NCBI GenBank assembly: GCA_963663865.1
Contig: OY760686.1
Span: forward strand, 448,001 to 512,000
Direction of reading: 5' to 3'
Length of the DNA stretch: 64,000 nucleotides
From: Spirochaetota bacterium
Lineage (GTDB): Bacteria; Spirochaetota; UBA4802; UBA5550
Within the stretch, counting starts at the first letter, position 1, and each line of letters starts with the position of its first letter. This document shows positions 9,188-18,402 of this stretch, in pieces. The position numbers were made by a program, and so were the translations under genes. The notes under the pieces are model-generated. The model was not told the DNA's origin. It worked only from the letters and a program-made list of their open reading frames with translations, and searched no databases.

Positions 9188-9751
9188 CTATCTGATTTCT
9201 GTTATTATCTTCACTTCTCTCCAAAACGTTTTTCGCGTTATACGGCCTTTAGTGTAAGACTCTATCAGCGATTTAACCTCCGGAGGAAATACCTGCCAGT
9301 ACTTGTTCTGCCATCCATGGGGCAGGCCCTGGCCGCATGAAGGGGGCTCCCTCCCTTCAAGGTCGGTTATGTAGTGGAGTACCATTGTCTGAAGTACTTC
9401 CGGTGGTAGCTTTGCTGCCGCCCTTGCGTAGCCTGAGCCTGGAACCATCTCGCTTATAAGTGCTTCAAGCTCAGCGTCCGTTATATTCGGCTTATGCTGT
9501 TTTGCCAGCTGAATGACAAGGCTCACTGCGGTCTGCTTGATATTCTCTGTAGTAATACCGAGCTGTTCCTGTATTTTTTGGGCCATCTGCTTTGCCTGCG
9601 GACCGAAGGGGCTGTTTGCGCGAGGCAGGGCTTTCCCCGCGCAAGATTCCCGGCTTTCGAGAAGCGCAAGGAGTTCTCTTCGCTCTTCCGGGGATGCTGT
9701 TTTCAAATATTCACTCAGTATTTTTTCTCTGGTTTGGTCTCTATCCATCAC
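9188..9751 (-). CDS. Hypothetical helical protein coupled to radA
   Basis: 187-aa ORF whose start overlaps the radA stop by 4 nt. Confidence 0.75.
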   Translation of the reverse strand: MMDRDQTREKILSEYLKTASPEERRELLALLESRESCAGKALPRANSPFGPQAKQMAQKIQEQLGITTENIKQTAVSLVIQLAKQHKPNITDAELEALISEMVPGSGYARAAAKLPPEVLQTMVLHYITDLEGREPPSCGQGLPHGWQNKYWQVFPPEVKSLIESYTKGRITRKTFWREVKIITEIR

Positions 9752-11091
9752 TTATCTCCGAAGAGGGCCGATACGGCTTCCCTGAGATTTGATATGCCGA
9801 TAAGGCGTCCTTCGAAGCCGGACAGCTTTGCGTCTTTCATGTTCGCCTCCGGGAGCACGACCGTGTCAAAGCCGGCAGATTTGAATTCAACGACACGTCT
9901 TGGCGCCTGAGATACCGGCCTGATTTCACCGGAAAGCGTAATCTCACCGAAAATGCCTGTTCTTTCAGGGACAGAGCGGTTATATGCGCTCGAAGCGATT
10001 GCTGCCGCTACGGCGAGGTCCGCGGCGGTTTCATTAATTGTAAATCCGCCGGAAAGATTTATAAATACGTCGAATGAGGAGAGCTTCAGGCCGGTGTGCT
10101 TTTCCAGGACGGCATTGAGGAGAATCAGCCTGTTAAGATCAAAGCCGTCCGACATTCTTCGCGGATTGGGAGCTGTGGTGAAATTGACGAGGGACTGGAC
10201 TTCAAAAAGCATGCATCTTGTGCCTTCTATGGCTGCGGAGACTGAGTTGCCAGGCGACGAAATCTCAGAGGGGTTGGTGAAAATCAGGTTGCGGTCGGTT
10301 ACCTCCTGAAGGCCTGACTTCTCCATCCTGAATATTCCTATCTCATTGACGGAGCCGTAGCGGTTTTTAAACGCCCTGAGAATTCGGAAATCCCTGCTGT
10401 AGTCGCCCTCAAAATATAAAACTGTATCCACAAGGTGTTCGAGGACCTTCGGGCCTGCTATCGAGCCGTCCTTGGTAATGTGGCCGATCAGGATTATGGG
10501 AATCCCCGTTTTTTTTGCCGAATCAACAAGCATTGACGCCGATTCCCTTATCTGCCCGACGGATCCGGCCGCTCCGGGAGATGATGCTGTCCGTAAAGTC
10601 TGTATTGAGTCAATGATAACGCACTGGGGTTTCAGAGATTCGATTAGATATGAGATGTCTTCTGTAACACAGTCGACAGAGATGTTGATCTTTTCCGGGT
10701 TGATGCCGAGCCTGTCAGCCCTGTGGCGTATTTGGACCGCGGACTCTTCGCCCGAGATATAGAGCGTGTTGAGAGCTGAAGCTATCTGAAGGGCGATTGT
10801 GGATTTGCCGATGCCCGGTTCACCGCCGATCAGAATGACCGAGCCGGGGACAATGCCGCCGCCGCATGCAAGGTCAAACTCGCCGATCCCGGTTGCCATT
10901 CTTTTCAGTTCGCCGGGTTCAATCTTTGACAGCCTGAACGATTCCGGCTTATGCTTCCCTGAACCTCCGGAGCTTTGAGGTTCAGCTTCGACAATGGTAT
11001 TCCATTCTGCACACTCAGGGCATTGACCTGACCATTTTGCCGTAGTATTTCCGCATGATGTACAGTAAAACTGTTTCTTTTGCTTAGCCAT
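9748..11091 (-). CDS. radA: DNA repair protein RadA/Sms
   Basis: CxxC-CxxC zinc finger, GGEPGIGKST, DSIQT, KNRYG, Lon-like C-terminus. Confidence 0.98.
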   Translation of the reverse strand: MAKQKKQFYCTSCGNTTAKWSGQCPECAEWNTIVEAEPQSSGGSGKHKPESFRLSKIEPGELKRMATGIGEFDLACGGGIVPGSVILIGGEPGIGKSTIALQIASALNTLYISGEESAVQIRHRADRLGINPEKINISVDCVTEDISYLIESLKPQCVIIDSIQTLRTASSPGAAGSVGQIRESASMLVDSAKKTGIPIILIGHITKDGSIAGPKVLEHLVDTVLYFEGDYSRDFRILRAFKNRYGSVNEIGIFRMEKSGLQEVTDRNLIFTNPSEISSPGNSVSAAIEGTRCMLFEVQSLVNFTTAPNPRRMSDGFDLNRLILLNAVLEKHTGLKLSSFDVFINLSGGFTINETAADLAVAAAIASSAYNRSVPERTGIFGEITLSGEIRPVSQAPRRVVEFKSAGFDTVVLPEANMKDAKLSGFEGRLIGISNLREAVSALFGDK

Positions 11092-11101
11092 AGAGATAAT
11101 C

Positions 11102-11974
11102 TTATTTCTGTTTAAAAAACAGCTTTGAGGGGTCTTTCTTTAGTTCCTCGAAGAGATATTTTGCGGAGGAAGAGGCATCTTTGATGTTTTCGTATACATC
11201 CTCCTCTACCAGGAGTTTGCCGAGAGAACCGCGTCCCTTTTCAAGGCGGAAAACAATCTTGTTGAGGTTCTGTGAAAGTTCAGACAGGTTTTTTAGAGTG
11301 ATGGTTACTTCCTCTTTGTTCTTTTCAGAGATGTAGGCCATGTTTGCAGTCAGCCTGTTCAGCTGGTCAGTGAGCACAAGCGTCCTTTCCGCGAGAGTGC
11401 TGAACATTCCCTTCGCCGAGAGAACAGACTGCCTTATGTCATACCGGTTCTCCTGAGCAATGCCGTTAAGGTTCTCCATGAACTTTTTGGAGTTCTGGAA
11501 AATCTGCGCAAGCATCTCTCCGCCGCTTTCATCCTGCATGAAGCTCTGAAAGACAAGCATCATCTGGTCGAAGCTTGCCGGGTCAATGGCGTAAACAATA
11601 TCGCCGTCAGAGTAAAACTCTGTCACTGTCGCGGAAGGAGGAATGAAGACGTTGATGTACTTCTCGCCGATGAGTCCGGTGGTAAATATCGCGAATCGTG
11701 CAGTTTTTAGAAGTGTGTACTTCCGGTCAATCCAGACAGTCACCTCGGTTTTTTCCGCAGACTGCTTGATTTCAGCGACGTGGCCGATGGTAACCCCGCC
11801 GGCAATTTTTACAGGCGCGTTAACCGAAAGACCGTTAAGAAATCCGAAATAAAGTCTGAGATTATATCCTGACTGGGAGACATTGAACCTTGCAAGCATG
11901 GCAACGAGCGCGACGAAAATTGTGAAACAGGCGGTTACCATAAGCCCGACTTTAGCTTCAGTGTTGATCTTCAT
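11102..11974 (-). CDS. MlaD/MCE family protein
   Basis: EAKVGL + TM helix, GLSVNAPVKIAGGVTIGHV, GLIGEKYINV, GSLGKLL helical tail. Confidence 0.92.
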   Translation of the reverse strand: MKINTEAKVGLMVTACFTIFVALVAMLARFNVSQSGYNLRLYFGFLNGLSVNAPVKIAGGVTIGHVAEIKQSAEKTEVTVWIDRKYTLLKTARFAIFTTGLIGEKYINVFIPPSATVTEFYSDGDIVYAIDPASFDQMMLVFQSFMQDESGGEMLAQIFQNSKKFMENLNGIAQENRYDIRQSVLSAKGMFSTLAERTLVLTDQLNRLTANMAYISEKNKEEVTITLKNLSELSQNLNKIVFRLEKGRGSLGKLLVEEDVYENIKDASSSAKYLFEELKKDPSKLFFKQK

Positions 11975-11992
11975 AAGGATAATCCTTCTGAA

Positions 11993-12169
11993 TTATTGCA
12001 GGCGCTTCAGAAGAAAATTAATCTCCTCTTCATTGCCTGATTTCTGCATGAGCAGAGAACGTCTCACTCTTTCGACTGAAGACTGTATTTGTTCTACAGT
12101 GCTACTGTTTCCGTCTTTTTGAGTTTTTTCGCAATAATTCTTGTTTATGTTGTCTTTGAGTGTATCCAT
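11993..12169 (-). CDS. 58-aa hypothetical protein (not in ORF track)
   Basis: Own translation MDTLKDNINKNYCEKTQKDGNSSTVEQIQSSVERVRRSLLMQKSGNEEEINFLLKRLQ*. GGGA upstream. Ends 18 nt before the mlaD start. Confidence 0.55.
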   Translation of the reverse strand: MDTLKDNINKNYCEKTQKDGNSSTVEQIQSSVERVRRSLLMQKSGNEEEINFLLKRLQ

Positions 12170-12241
12170 TTTTATCCCGGCGAATAGTGTTGAGGCGTTT
12201 TTTCAGGGCCGCCGCAGACTGCGGTTAATCGGCAGAATAGG

Positions 12242-12270
12242 TTGACAGATTACTGAAAAAACAGTATCGA
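12242..12270 (+). promoter_or_regulatory. Putative sigma70 promoter upstream of the ruvA leader
   Basis: TTGACA-N17-TATCGA, with a further TATCAT at 12275-12280. Confidence 0.4.
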
Positions 12271-12291
12271 CAAATATCATTATTCGGAAAA

Positions 12292-12428
12292 CCTGTAAAG
12301 CCGAAAACGCCATGAAGCGGGCTTATTTAGTAAAAATGACCGTACTTGAGGCCGCAGGGGTCATTCGCAGGGGAATTTTGTATAAACATAGCGATATCCA
12401 CCCGGTCAGGCGGGATATTTCCTTTTTT
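12292..12428 (+). ncRNA. Candidate structured RNA / attenuator upstream of ruvA (family not recognised)
   Basis: Nested stems CCTGT/GCAGG, AAGCC/GGCTT with CGC/GCG, AATGACC/GGTCATT, then hairpin ATATCC/GGATAT with a U-rich tail. Confidence 0.4.
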
Positions 12429-12446
12429 ATTCTTTGGGGGTTTACA

Positions 12447-13031
12447 ATGATTGGCAAGCTAAGAGGCAGGGTCGATGATCTCAAGCCAACAGGTCTAATC
12501 GTTGATGCTGGCGGTGTTGGATATTCGGTTTCAATACCCTTTTCAACGTATGAAGCTATTTCGGGAAACGCGGAGGTGTCGCTTTATATTTATACAATTC
12601 ATAAAGAAGATCAGTTCAAGCTGTACGGATTTCATGAGGAGCGCGGGCGGGAGCTGTTCTCCTTGCTTCTCGGGGTAAGCGGTGTGGGGCCGTCCATGGC
12701 TTTAGCGCTGCTTTCAAAGATGAGTCCGGAAGAGCTTGCAGATGTGGTAAAAAACGATGATTCATCGCATTTGATGAAAGTTCCCGGTATCGGGAAGTCA
12801 AAGGCGGAAAAGCTTATTTTTGAGCTTAAGCGAAAGCTTAAAAAACTTGCAGAGCTGGCGCCCGGAGCAGAAAGCAGCATCGGGCGATCTTCATCGTCCG
12901 ATGCCGTTGAAGCTCTGATGTCACTCGGTTTCGATGAGAAGAAGTCAACGTCTATTGTTAACGAAATCAGGTCTGAAGCCCCTGAGTCTTCTCTTGAAGA
13001 TATAATAAAGGGAGCGCTCCGGCGGCTGTGA
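12447..13031 (+). CDS. ruvA: Holliday junction branch migration protein RuvA
   Basis: MIGKLRG, GVGY, LYGF, GVSGVGPSMAL, VPGIGKSKAEKLIFELK, EALMSLGF. True start ATG 12447 rather than 12312. Confidence 0.97.
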   Translation: MIGKLRGRVDDLKPTGLIVDAGGVGYSVSIPFSTYEAISGNAEVSLYIYTIHKEDQFKLYGFHEERGRELFSLLLGVSGVGPSMALALLSKMSPEELADVVKNDDSSHLMKVPGIGKSKAEKLIFELKRKLKKLAELAPGAESSIGRSSSSDAVEALMSLGFDEKKSTSIVNEIRSEAPESSLEDIIKGALRRL

Positions 13032-13061
13032 TTCAAAGGGGAGAATAATGCTCAAGTCATA

Positions 13062-13088
13062 AAAAGGCCCCGGAATCCGGGGCCTTTT
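13062..13088. terminator. Bidirectional intrinsic terminator between ruvA and pyk
   Basis: AAAAGGCCCCGG-AAT-CCGGGGCCTTTT between convergent genes. Confidence 0.9.
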
Positions 13089-13111
13089 GAGTTACGTGAT
13101 AATATCTTTGC

Positions 13112-14881
13112 TTATTTTCTCGGCATTACCGCTTTTGTGCCGCTGAAAACGAGGCCCATGTTTCCATTTACTGTGACAATTGTGCCGCTTTTGAGAATTT
13201 CAGTAGCGTCAATTGCTCCGACAAGCACTGGAATTTCAAGGGCTTTAGCTACAATGGCTTCAGGAGAATCCTCTGAATCGTTTTCTGTTACGATCGCGGA
13301 GGCGTGTTTGATTGCCTGAAGTATCTCTTCGCTGCTGTTTCTCATTACGATGATGTCACCGCTGTTGAAGTTTTTCAGCATTCCGTCCTTTGAGTCAACA
13401 ACGCAGAGATTGCCTGTTGCGACGTGTTTGTTAAGGCTCTTCGCCTCAAGCAGAACATCGCCAACAATATGGACTTTAAGTGTGTTTGTGGTTCCGCTGA
13501 TGCCTGCAGGCATTCCACCGGTTATAACAATCAGGTCGCCGTTTTTGATCTGACCGGTGTTTGTCGCGATATCTATCGCCTGCTCGAAGATTTCATCGGT
13601 TGTTTCTTTCATGTCGCTGAGCACGGGCTTGACTCCCCAGATAAGGGCGAGCTGCCTGTAGACTTTCTTTGAAACGGTTGTTCCAATTACCTGGCATGCC
13701 GGTCTGTATTTCGCGACCATCCTTGCTGAGTGGCCTGACTTCGTGACCGAGATGATCGCAGAGGCGTTGAGGTTGTGAGCCGTTTCACATGTAGCGTGAC
13801 AGATGGCGTTTGTAACATTTTTGTTGATGGGGGAGTTCATCGTCTTGAGGCGTTTTTTATAATCTATGTTTTTCTCGGTTTCTATCGCGATCTTAGACAT
13901 AGCCTTAACTGCTTCTATCGGATATTTACCGACTGAAGTCTCGCCTGAAAGCATAATCGCGCTCGTGTTGTCGTAGATAGCGTTTGCGATGTCAGTAATC
14001 TCCGCTCTTGTCGGACGCGGGTTGCGTATCATTGAGTCGAGCATCTGAGTCGCAGTGATAGCCGGTTTTCCCGCGATGTAACATTTATGCAGAATGCTTT
14101 TCTGGACAGCAGGAAGCTCTTCGAAGGGGATCTCGACACCCATGTCTCCACGGGCAACCATGATTCCGTTTGACACCTGGATTATTTCATCAATGTTTTC
14201 GACGCCTTCACGGTTTTCTATTTTTGCTATGATTTTTGTTTCGAGCCCGCCGTTTTCAGCGAGAACCTTACGAAGTTCTTTTATGTCTGCGGCTGTCCTT
14301 ACGAAGGAGGCGGCAATGTAGTCAATGTCGTGTTTTATTCCGAAAATGATGTCGCTGCGGTCTTTTTCGCTGACGAAGGGAAGCTTTACTTTAACGCCGG
14401 GAACGTTGACGCCTTTATTGTTGCTGATTGCTCCTCCGTTGGTGACTTCGCATTCTACGTCTGTGTCTGAAACAGAGAGAACGGTGAGACCTATCAGGCC
14501 GTCATCAAGAAGAATGGCGTCGCCTTTTTTAACATCGCCGGGGAGGCCGTCATAGGTTACGGCAACACATGTCTCATCACCCATAATGTCCCGCGTCGTG
14601 AGTGTGAATTTCTGGTCCTGCTTCAGCTCAACCTTTTCGTTTTTAAATTGTTTGACCCTTATCTCCGGTCCCTTCGTGTCAAGAAGAATGGCGACAGGAA
14701 GCCCAAGCTCCTTTCTCAACTTTTTAACCATTTCCATGCGGCCGAGATGTTCCTGGTGTGAACCGTGAGAAAAATTGCACCTGACCACGTTCATACCATT
14801 TATCATTAGCTGCCTTAAAACACCGTCCTTGTCCGTTGCAGGCCCGAGTGTGCACACTATCTTGGTTTTTCTTACGCTCAT
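13112..14881 (-). CDS. pyk: Pyruvate kinase with C-terminal PEP-utiliser-like extension
   Basis: RKTKIVCTLGP, NFSHG, DTKGPEIR, AKIEN, MVARGDMGVE, ATQMLDSM, MLSGETS. 589 aa. AAGGAG RBS. Confidence 0.98.
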   Translation of the reverse strand: MSVRKTKIVCTLGPATDKDGVLRQLMINGMNVVRCNFSHGSHQEHLGRMEMVKKLRKELGLPVAILLDTKGPEIRVKQFKNEKVELKQDQKFTLTTRDIMGDETCVAVTYDGLPGDVKKGDAILLDDGLIGLTVLSVSDTDVECEVTNGGAISNNKGVNVPGVKVKLPFVSEKDRSDIIFGIKHDIDYIAASFVRTAADIKELRKVLAENGGLETKIIAKIENREGVENIDEIIQVSNGIMVARGDMGVEIPFEELPAVQKSILHKCYIAGKPAITATQMLDSMIRNPRPTRAEITDIANAIYDNTSAIMLSGETSVGKYPIEAVKAMSKIAIETEKNIDYKKRLKTMNSPINKNVTNAICHATCETAHNLNASAIISVTKSGHSARMVAKYRPACQVIGTTVSKKVYRQLALIWGVKPVLSDMKETTDEIFEQAIDIATNTGQIKNGDLIVITGGMPAGISGTTNTLKVHIVGDVLLEAKSLNKHVATGNLCVVDSKDGMLKNFNSGDIIVMRNSSEEILQAIKHASAIVTENDSEDSPEAIVAKALEIPVLVGAIDATEILKSGTIVTVNGNMGLVFSGTKAVMPRK

Positions 14882-15109
14882 GACGACTCCTTAGTTTATT
14901 TATTTCTCAATTTCCTGGGATGATAGTCCCTAAATGAATATCCGATTATCAGCCCATTTCCAGGACCGTAAAAGTTCAAGAACCAGAACAAAACAGCCAT
15001 TTTCCGGCAGGCCAGCAAGACGGCCCTACTCAGAGTGAAAGAGAAAAAAAGGGGCCTATTTTGTCAATCAAAACCCGTAAAAATCTTTAAAAGAGCCTCT
15101 GATTTTATA

Positions 15110-16933
15110 TTATCTTAACCCGCTTACATTCAGACTATTGTCAAATGTTACGGCTATAGTGTAAGTTATCTCCTTTTTCTCTCCCGGTTTTAGATTGAGC
15201 CTCCACTTTCGCACTCCCTGTTGATACTCTGTTGTTTTCTCTGTCAGGGTGTCCTTTATGAAAGGCAGTGACATGCCAGTGATTTCAACAGCTATTTTCT
15301 CGTTTCGGCTTACCGGCACTGAACTGTTGACCAGAACCGTTTCAGCTGACGGCATTTTGTTTTCAATGGTTATTTTGTAGCTGTAGTTGATTCTTCTGTT
15401 GCCTCCGAAAACACCTGAACTGTCCTCAAATTTCTTAACAAGCTCCTGCGTCCCCTTAATCCTGTTTTCAATACCGAGGATGAGCTTTTCTGAAGACATA
15501 ATCGGAGTGAATGGGAGCGCAGCCTTTCCCATGAATTCGTTGTCCAGAAAAATCTGCGCGTCGCCGGAAAGCCACGGAAGCGTTGTGCTGTTCAGAGCTT
15601 CAGTTTTAAGGTAGGCTGAATCAGAGAATAAAGGATAAAGCTCGTAATAGAAATCCGGGCCTTCCTTTCCTCCGAGAGCGTATTCCGCGATCAGCTTTTT
15701 CTGCGACTTTGACGAAGACTCAACTGTCTGTTCGACCGGGAACTGAATTTCCACGTTCGGCCCCTTTTCAGAAATTACGCTTTCAGGAAGAGCTTCCTTT
15801 TCCATCTCCTCGACTGCTGGAGGAGCGCCTGCCGCCATGGCCTCGTCCATATCCGCCTTTTTTGACCTCATATAGAGAGAACTGCTTCTGGAGGGCGTAT
15901 ACACGTCAAGATACCATGGAGAGATTGACGGGGCGGCGATTGAGTTTACCGGCATTCCGGTTGAAAGGTGAAGCCTTATATTCTGCCAGTCTTCGCCCGT
16001 ATTCTGGTAGATGTCGGAGTACACGGAGACAGAGAGCTTCCTGGAGGCTATACCGGCCCTGATGTCGTAGAGCATCTTCCAGGATGTACCCGGTATTATA
16101 TAGCTCAAAGTGATCTCAGTTTCCCTGTCGGCAGAGGAGTAAATGGATATAACGAGCTGTTTTTCCACGTCGACCGGGGTGTCAGGCGATTCAAGCAGGC
16201 GTGATTTAAGAGCGTATTTATCAACGATGGAATTAAAGCTTTGAACCGACATCGCAGCCTTGTTTTGAATGGCGGCCTGGCTGATCAGGTTGTAGCTGCT
16301 GAAGTATCGGTCTCCGGCAATCTGTGAGAGCTCAAATTCCCACTTTTGAATCTCCTTGCCGATCTGTTCTCTTGCCTTTTCGGTCTGCCTTCTTTTGGAG
16401 AGAAGGTCTCTGTACTTTTTATGCGACCAGGAGGAGGTGTTTTCCCAGTTCTTTACCGGTGCGGTTCCTCCTGTGAGTTCACGGGCAATAGCCGTGCTGT
16501 TGAAATCATTAACAGACTGGAGAAATTTCTCCTGGGCGGTAATAGCTTTGAGGTCGTCAAGAAGAGCAGAGTCCTTGTCGCGAAGAGCCGTAAGCCTGTC
16601 CTCTATATCGGTAATTGCTGCTCTTCTCTTAGTAAGAAGGGCTTTCTGTTCGACTTCAATTGAAAGAAGCCGCGCGCTGCGTTTGTCTGAAACAGCGCCC
16701 CTGACTGACCAGTCGTAAAGGAGCCGCGGGAGGCCTTTTACTACCACAGTGTTTGTTCCCTTTTGCAGGCGAACAGAGGCATTCCTTGTTATCTCTGCCT
16801 GGTTTCTGTAAAGCTTGACCGAGCTTATCGTGCTGAGTGTGTCAGTTTTTTGTTGAGAATGCCCATCAGCCGGGAATGTTGCAATGAGAGCAGCAAACAC
16901 AAACGCAGAATAAAAAGCACTTTTTTTCATCAT
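15110..16933 (-). CDS. DUF4140/DUF4139 (mucoidy inhibitor MuiA-like) exported protein
   Basis: Signal peptide, VKLYRNQAEITR, coiled coil, SW...YDIR, QNTGEDWQNIRLHLST, WRLNLKPGEKKEITY. Confidence 0.85.
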   Translation of the reverse strand: MMKKSAFYSAFVFAALIATFPADGHSQQKTDTLSTISSVKLYRNQAEITRNASVRLQKGTNTVVVKGLPRLLYDWSVRGAVSDKRSARLLSIEVEQKALLTKRRAAITDIEDRLTALRDKDSALLDDLKAITAQEKFLQSVNDFNSTAIARELTGGTAPVKNWENTSSWSHKKYRDLLSKRRQTEKAREQIGKEIQKWEFELSQIAGDRYFSSYNLISQAAIQNKAAMSVQSFNSIVDKYALKSRLLESPDTPVDVEKQLVISIYSSADRETEITLSYIIPGTSWKMLYDIRAGIASRKLSVSVYSDIYQNTGEDWQNIRLHLSTGMPVNSIAAPSISPWYLDVYTPSRSSSLYMRSKKADMDEAMAAGAPPAVEEMEKEALPESVISEKGPNVEIQFPVEQTVESSSKSQKKLIAEYALGGKEGPDFYYELYPLFSDSAYLKTEALNSTTLPWLSGDAQIFLDNEFMGKAALPFTPIMSSEKLILGIENRIKGTQELVKKFEDSSGVFGGNRRINYSYKITIENKMPSAETVLVNSSVPVSRNEKIAVEITGMSLPFIKDTLTEKTTEYQQGVRKWRLNLKPGEKKEITYTIAVTFDNSLNVSGLR

Positions 16934-16976
16934 TTAGCCTTCTTCTAAATCTTTTTCAGTACAAACAGTTGGAAAC

Positions 16977-17993
16977 CTATTTTGCGAGTTTTATAGCACC
17001 TGTGTCAATTTTTTTCAAGACAATTTCTGACACTTTTTTCGTGTTTCCAGAGCCTGTTCCGCGCTGTGTAAATGATACGAGTATGAGGGCAGAGGGTATG
17101 GAAGGAACTTTGAACGTTATTATGTTCCACCCATGCGTTTTGTATCTGTTCCCCAGAATTGTAGCTGTTCCTGTCTTTCCGCCTAATATTTTGACCGAAG
17201 CAAGCCCGGTTCCTATTCCCGTTAATGTGCCTCTTTCAACTGTTTCAGCAAGGAAGCCTCTGATCAGGGAGAGGGTTGTCATACTGAAGGGCGCTGCTTT
17301 TAAGCTTATTCTGGTACATGGCGGGCTGAAGGGCAGTGGAATGCTTCCGCCGTTGTAGAAGGCTGCGTATCTTGCCGCCGCTTCAGCAGGGGTTGTTTGA
17401 ATAAGCCCGCCTTCGCCGATAGCTGACGCGGCAAGCATGAGCTGTGTAGGCTTTTCTGCCGGCTCCGGCGCGGATGGGCTGAGGCTCCATCCGGCGCACA
17501 ATTTAGCATATAATTCACCGGGAGAGCGGGTTGAGCAGCGTAGAAAGAAAACATTGCATGATTTGACTATTGCGTCTCTAAGGTCAGTATTGCCGTGACC
17601 CTGCGCAACCGGACATTTAAAATATTTCTTCCCTGACGGGTCTGCTGGAAGGTTAAAGAGCCTGCTGTCGGCAGGCAAAAAGTCTTTTTCAGAGGGGGGA
17701 TAAAACTTTCCGGAGCACTCTATCGTGGAATCCGGAACGAACGTTCCTCTGTTTTCAAGAAAAACAGCGGCAGCCCAGGGTTTTGCGATTGATCCCGGAG
17801 GGTAAATGCCTGATAATAGTGATGTTCTTCCGCCCCTGTACAGTATTTCTCCGGTTGATGAGTCCATAATCAGGCAGGCGGAAGATTCGCCAGGTACCGG
17901 CTGAAGAAATAACAGCCCTCTTTCTCCCTGAACCGAAGAAAGCAACCCGGTAAGAATAATTATCAAAGCGGCAATGGATTGTTTGAGTTTCAT
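16977..17993 (-). CDS. Standalone penicillin-binding (transpeptidase) domain protein
   Basis: SxxK (PPGSIAK), SxN (SCN), KTG (GKTGT). Signal peptide. No dimerisation or transglycosylase domain. Confidence 0.85.
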   Translation of the reverse strand: MKLKQSIAALIIILTGLLSSVQGERGLLFLQPVPGESSACLIMDSSTGEILYRGGRTSLLSGIYPPGSIAKPWAAAVFLENRGTFVPDSTIECSGKFYPPSEKDFLPADSRLFNLPADPSGKKYFKCPVAQGHGNTDLRDAIVKSCNVFFLRCSTRSPGELYAKLCAGWSLSPSAPEPAEKPTQLMLAASAIGEGGLIQTTPAEAAARYAAFYNGGSIPLPFSPPCTRISLKAAPFSMTTLSLIRGFLAETVERGTLTGIGTGLASVKILGGKTGTATILGNRYKTHGWNIITFKVPSIPSALILVSFTQRGTGSGNTKKVSEIVLKKIDTGAIKLAK

Positions 17994-18123
17994 ATATAAT
18001 ATGTATTATAAATATTAGAGTTAATGTTTTGAAGGCCTTTTTTTTATAGGACAAATTTTCAATTAGAGATGAATTATTCGGTCTAATAGCTGAAAGTAAA
18101 TCTTATCCGGTTATATTGTTATT

Positions 18124-18146
18124 TGCAATAATAAAAAATTATTGCA
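18124..18146. promoter_or_regulatory. Perfect 9-5-9 inverted repeat, candidate operator
   Basis: TGCAATAAT-AAAAA-ATTATTGCA in the AT-rich divergent promoter region. Confidence 0.45.
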
Positions 18147-18221
18147 TTAATCCAGTTTATTTTTATGTTTGAATTAATTATGATAATAGGTTACATTAGC
18201 AGGTCTATATAGAGTTTAATG

Positions 18222-18289
18222 TCTGATTTAAGGCGGCTTTGCAGCGGACAGTATTCCTGTCCAAAATGCGCAAAAACTGATAAATCAGA
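18222..18289. other. Long imperfect hairpin in the leader of the GH3-like gene
   Basis: TCTGATTTA/TAAATCAGA, TTTGC/GCAAA and GGACAG/CTGTCC nested stems. Confidence 0.45.
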
Positions 18290-18402
18290 AATTTACAGGA
18301 CTATATTTTAAGCATTGTTATAATTATAGTGAGAAAATTTAAACCGGATACCTTCTGGTTGTAAATTTATAGAAAACAATTAAATAATTTTAGGAGGAGA
18401 TA

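Noticed and set aside
12312-12446. 45-aa N-terminal extension of RuvA in the ORF track
   Set aside because: RuvA homology starts at MIGKLRG (12447). The extension overlaps the structured leader.
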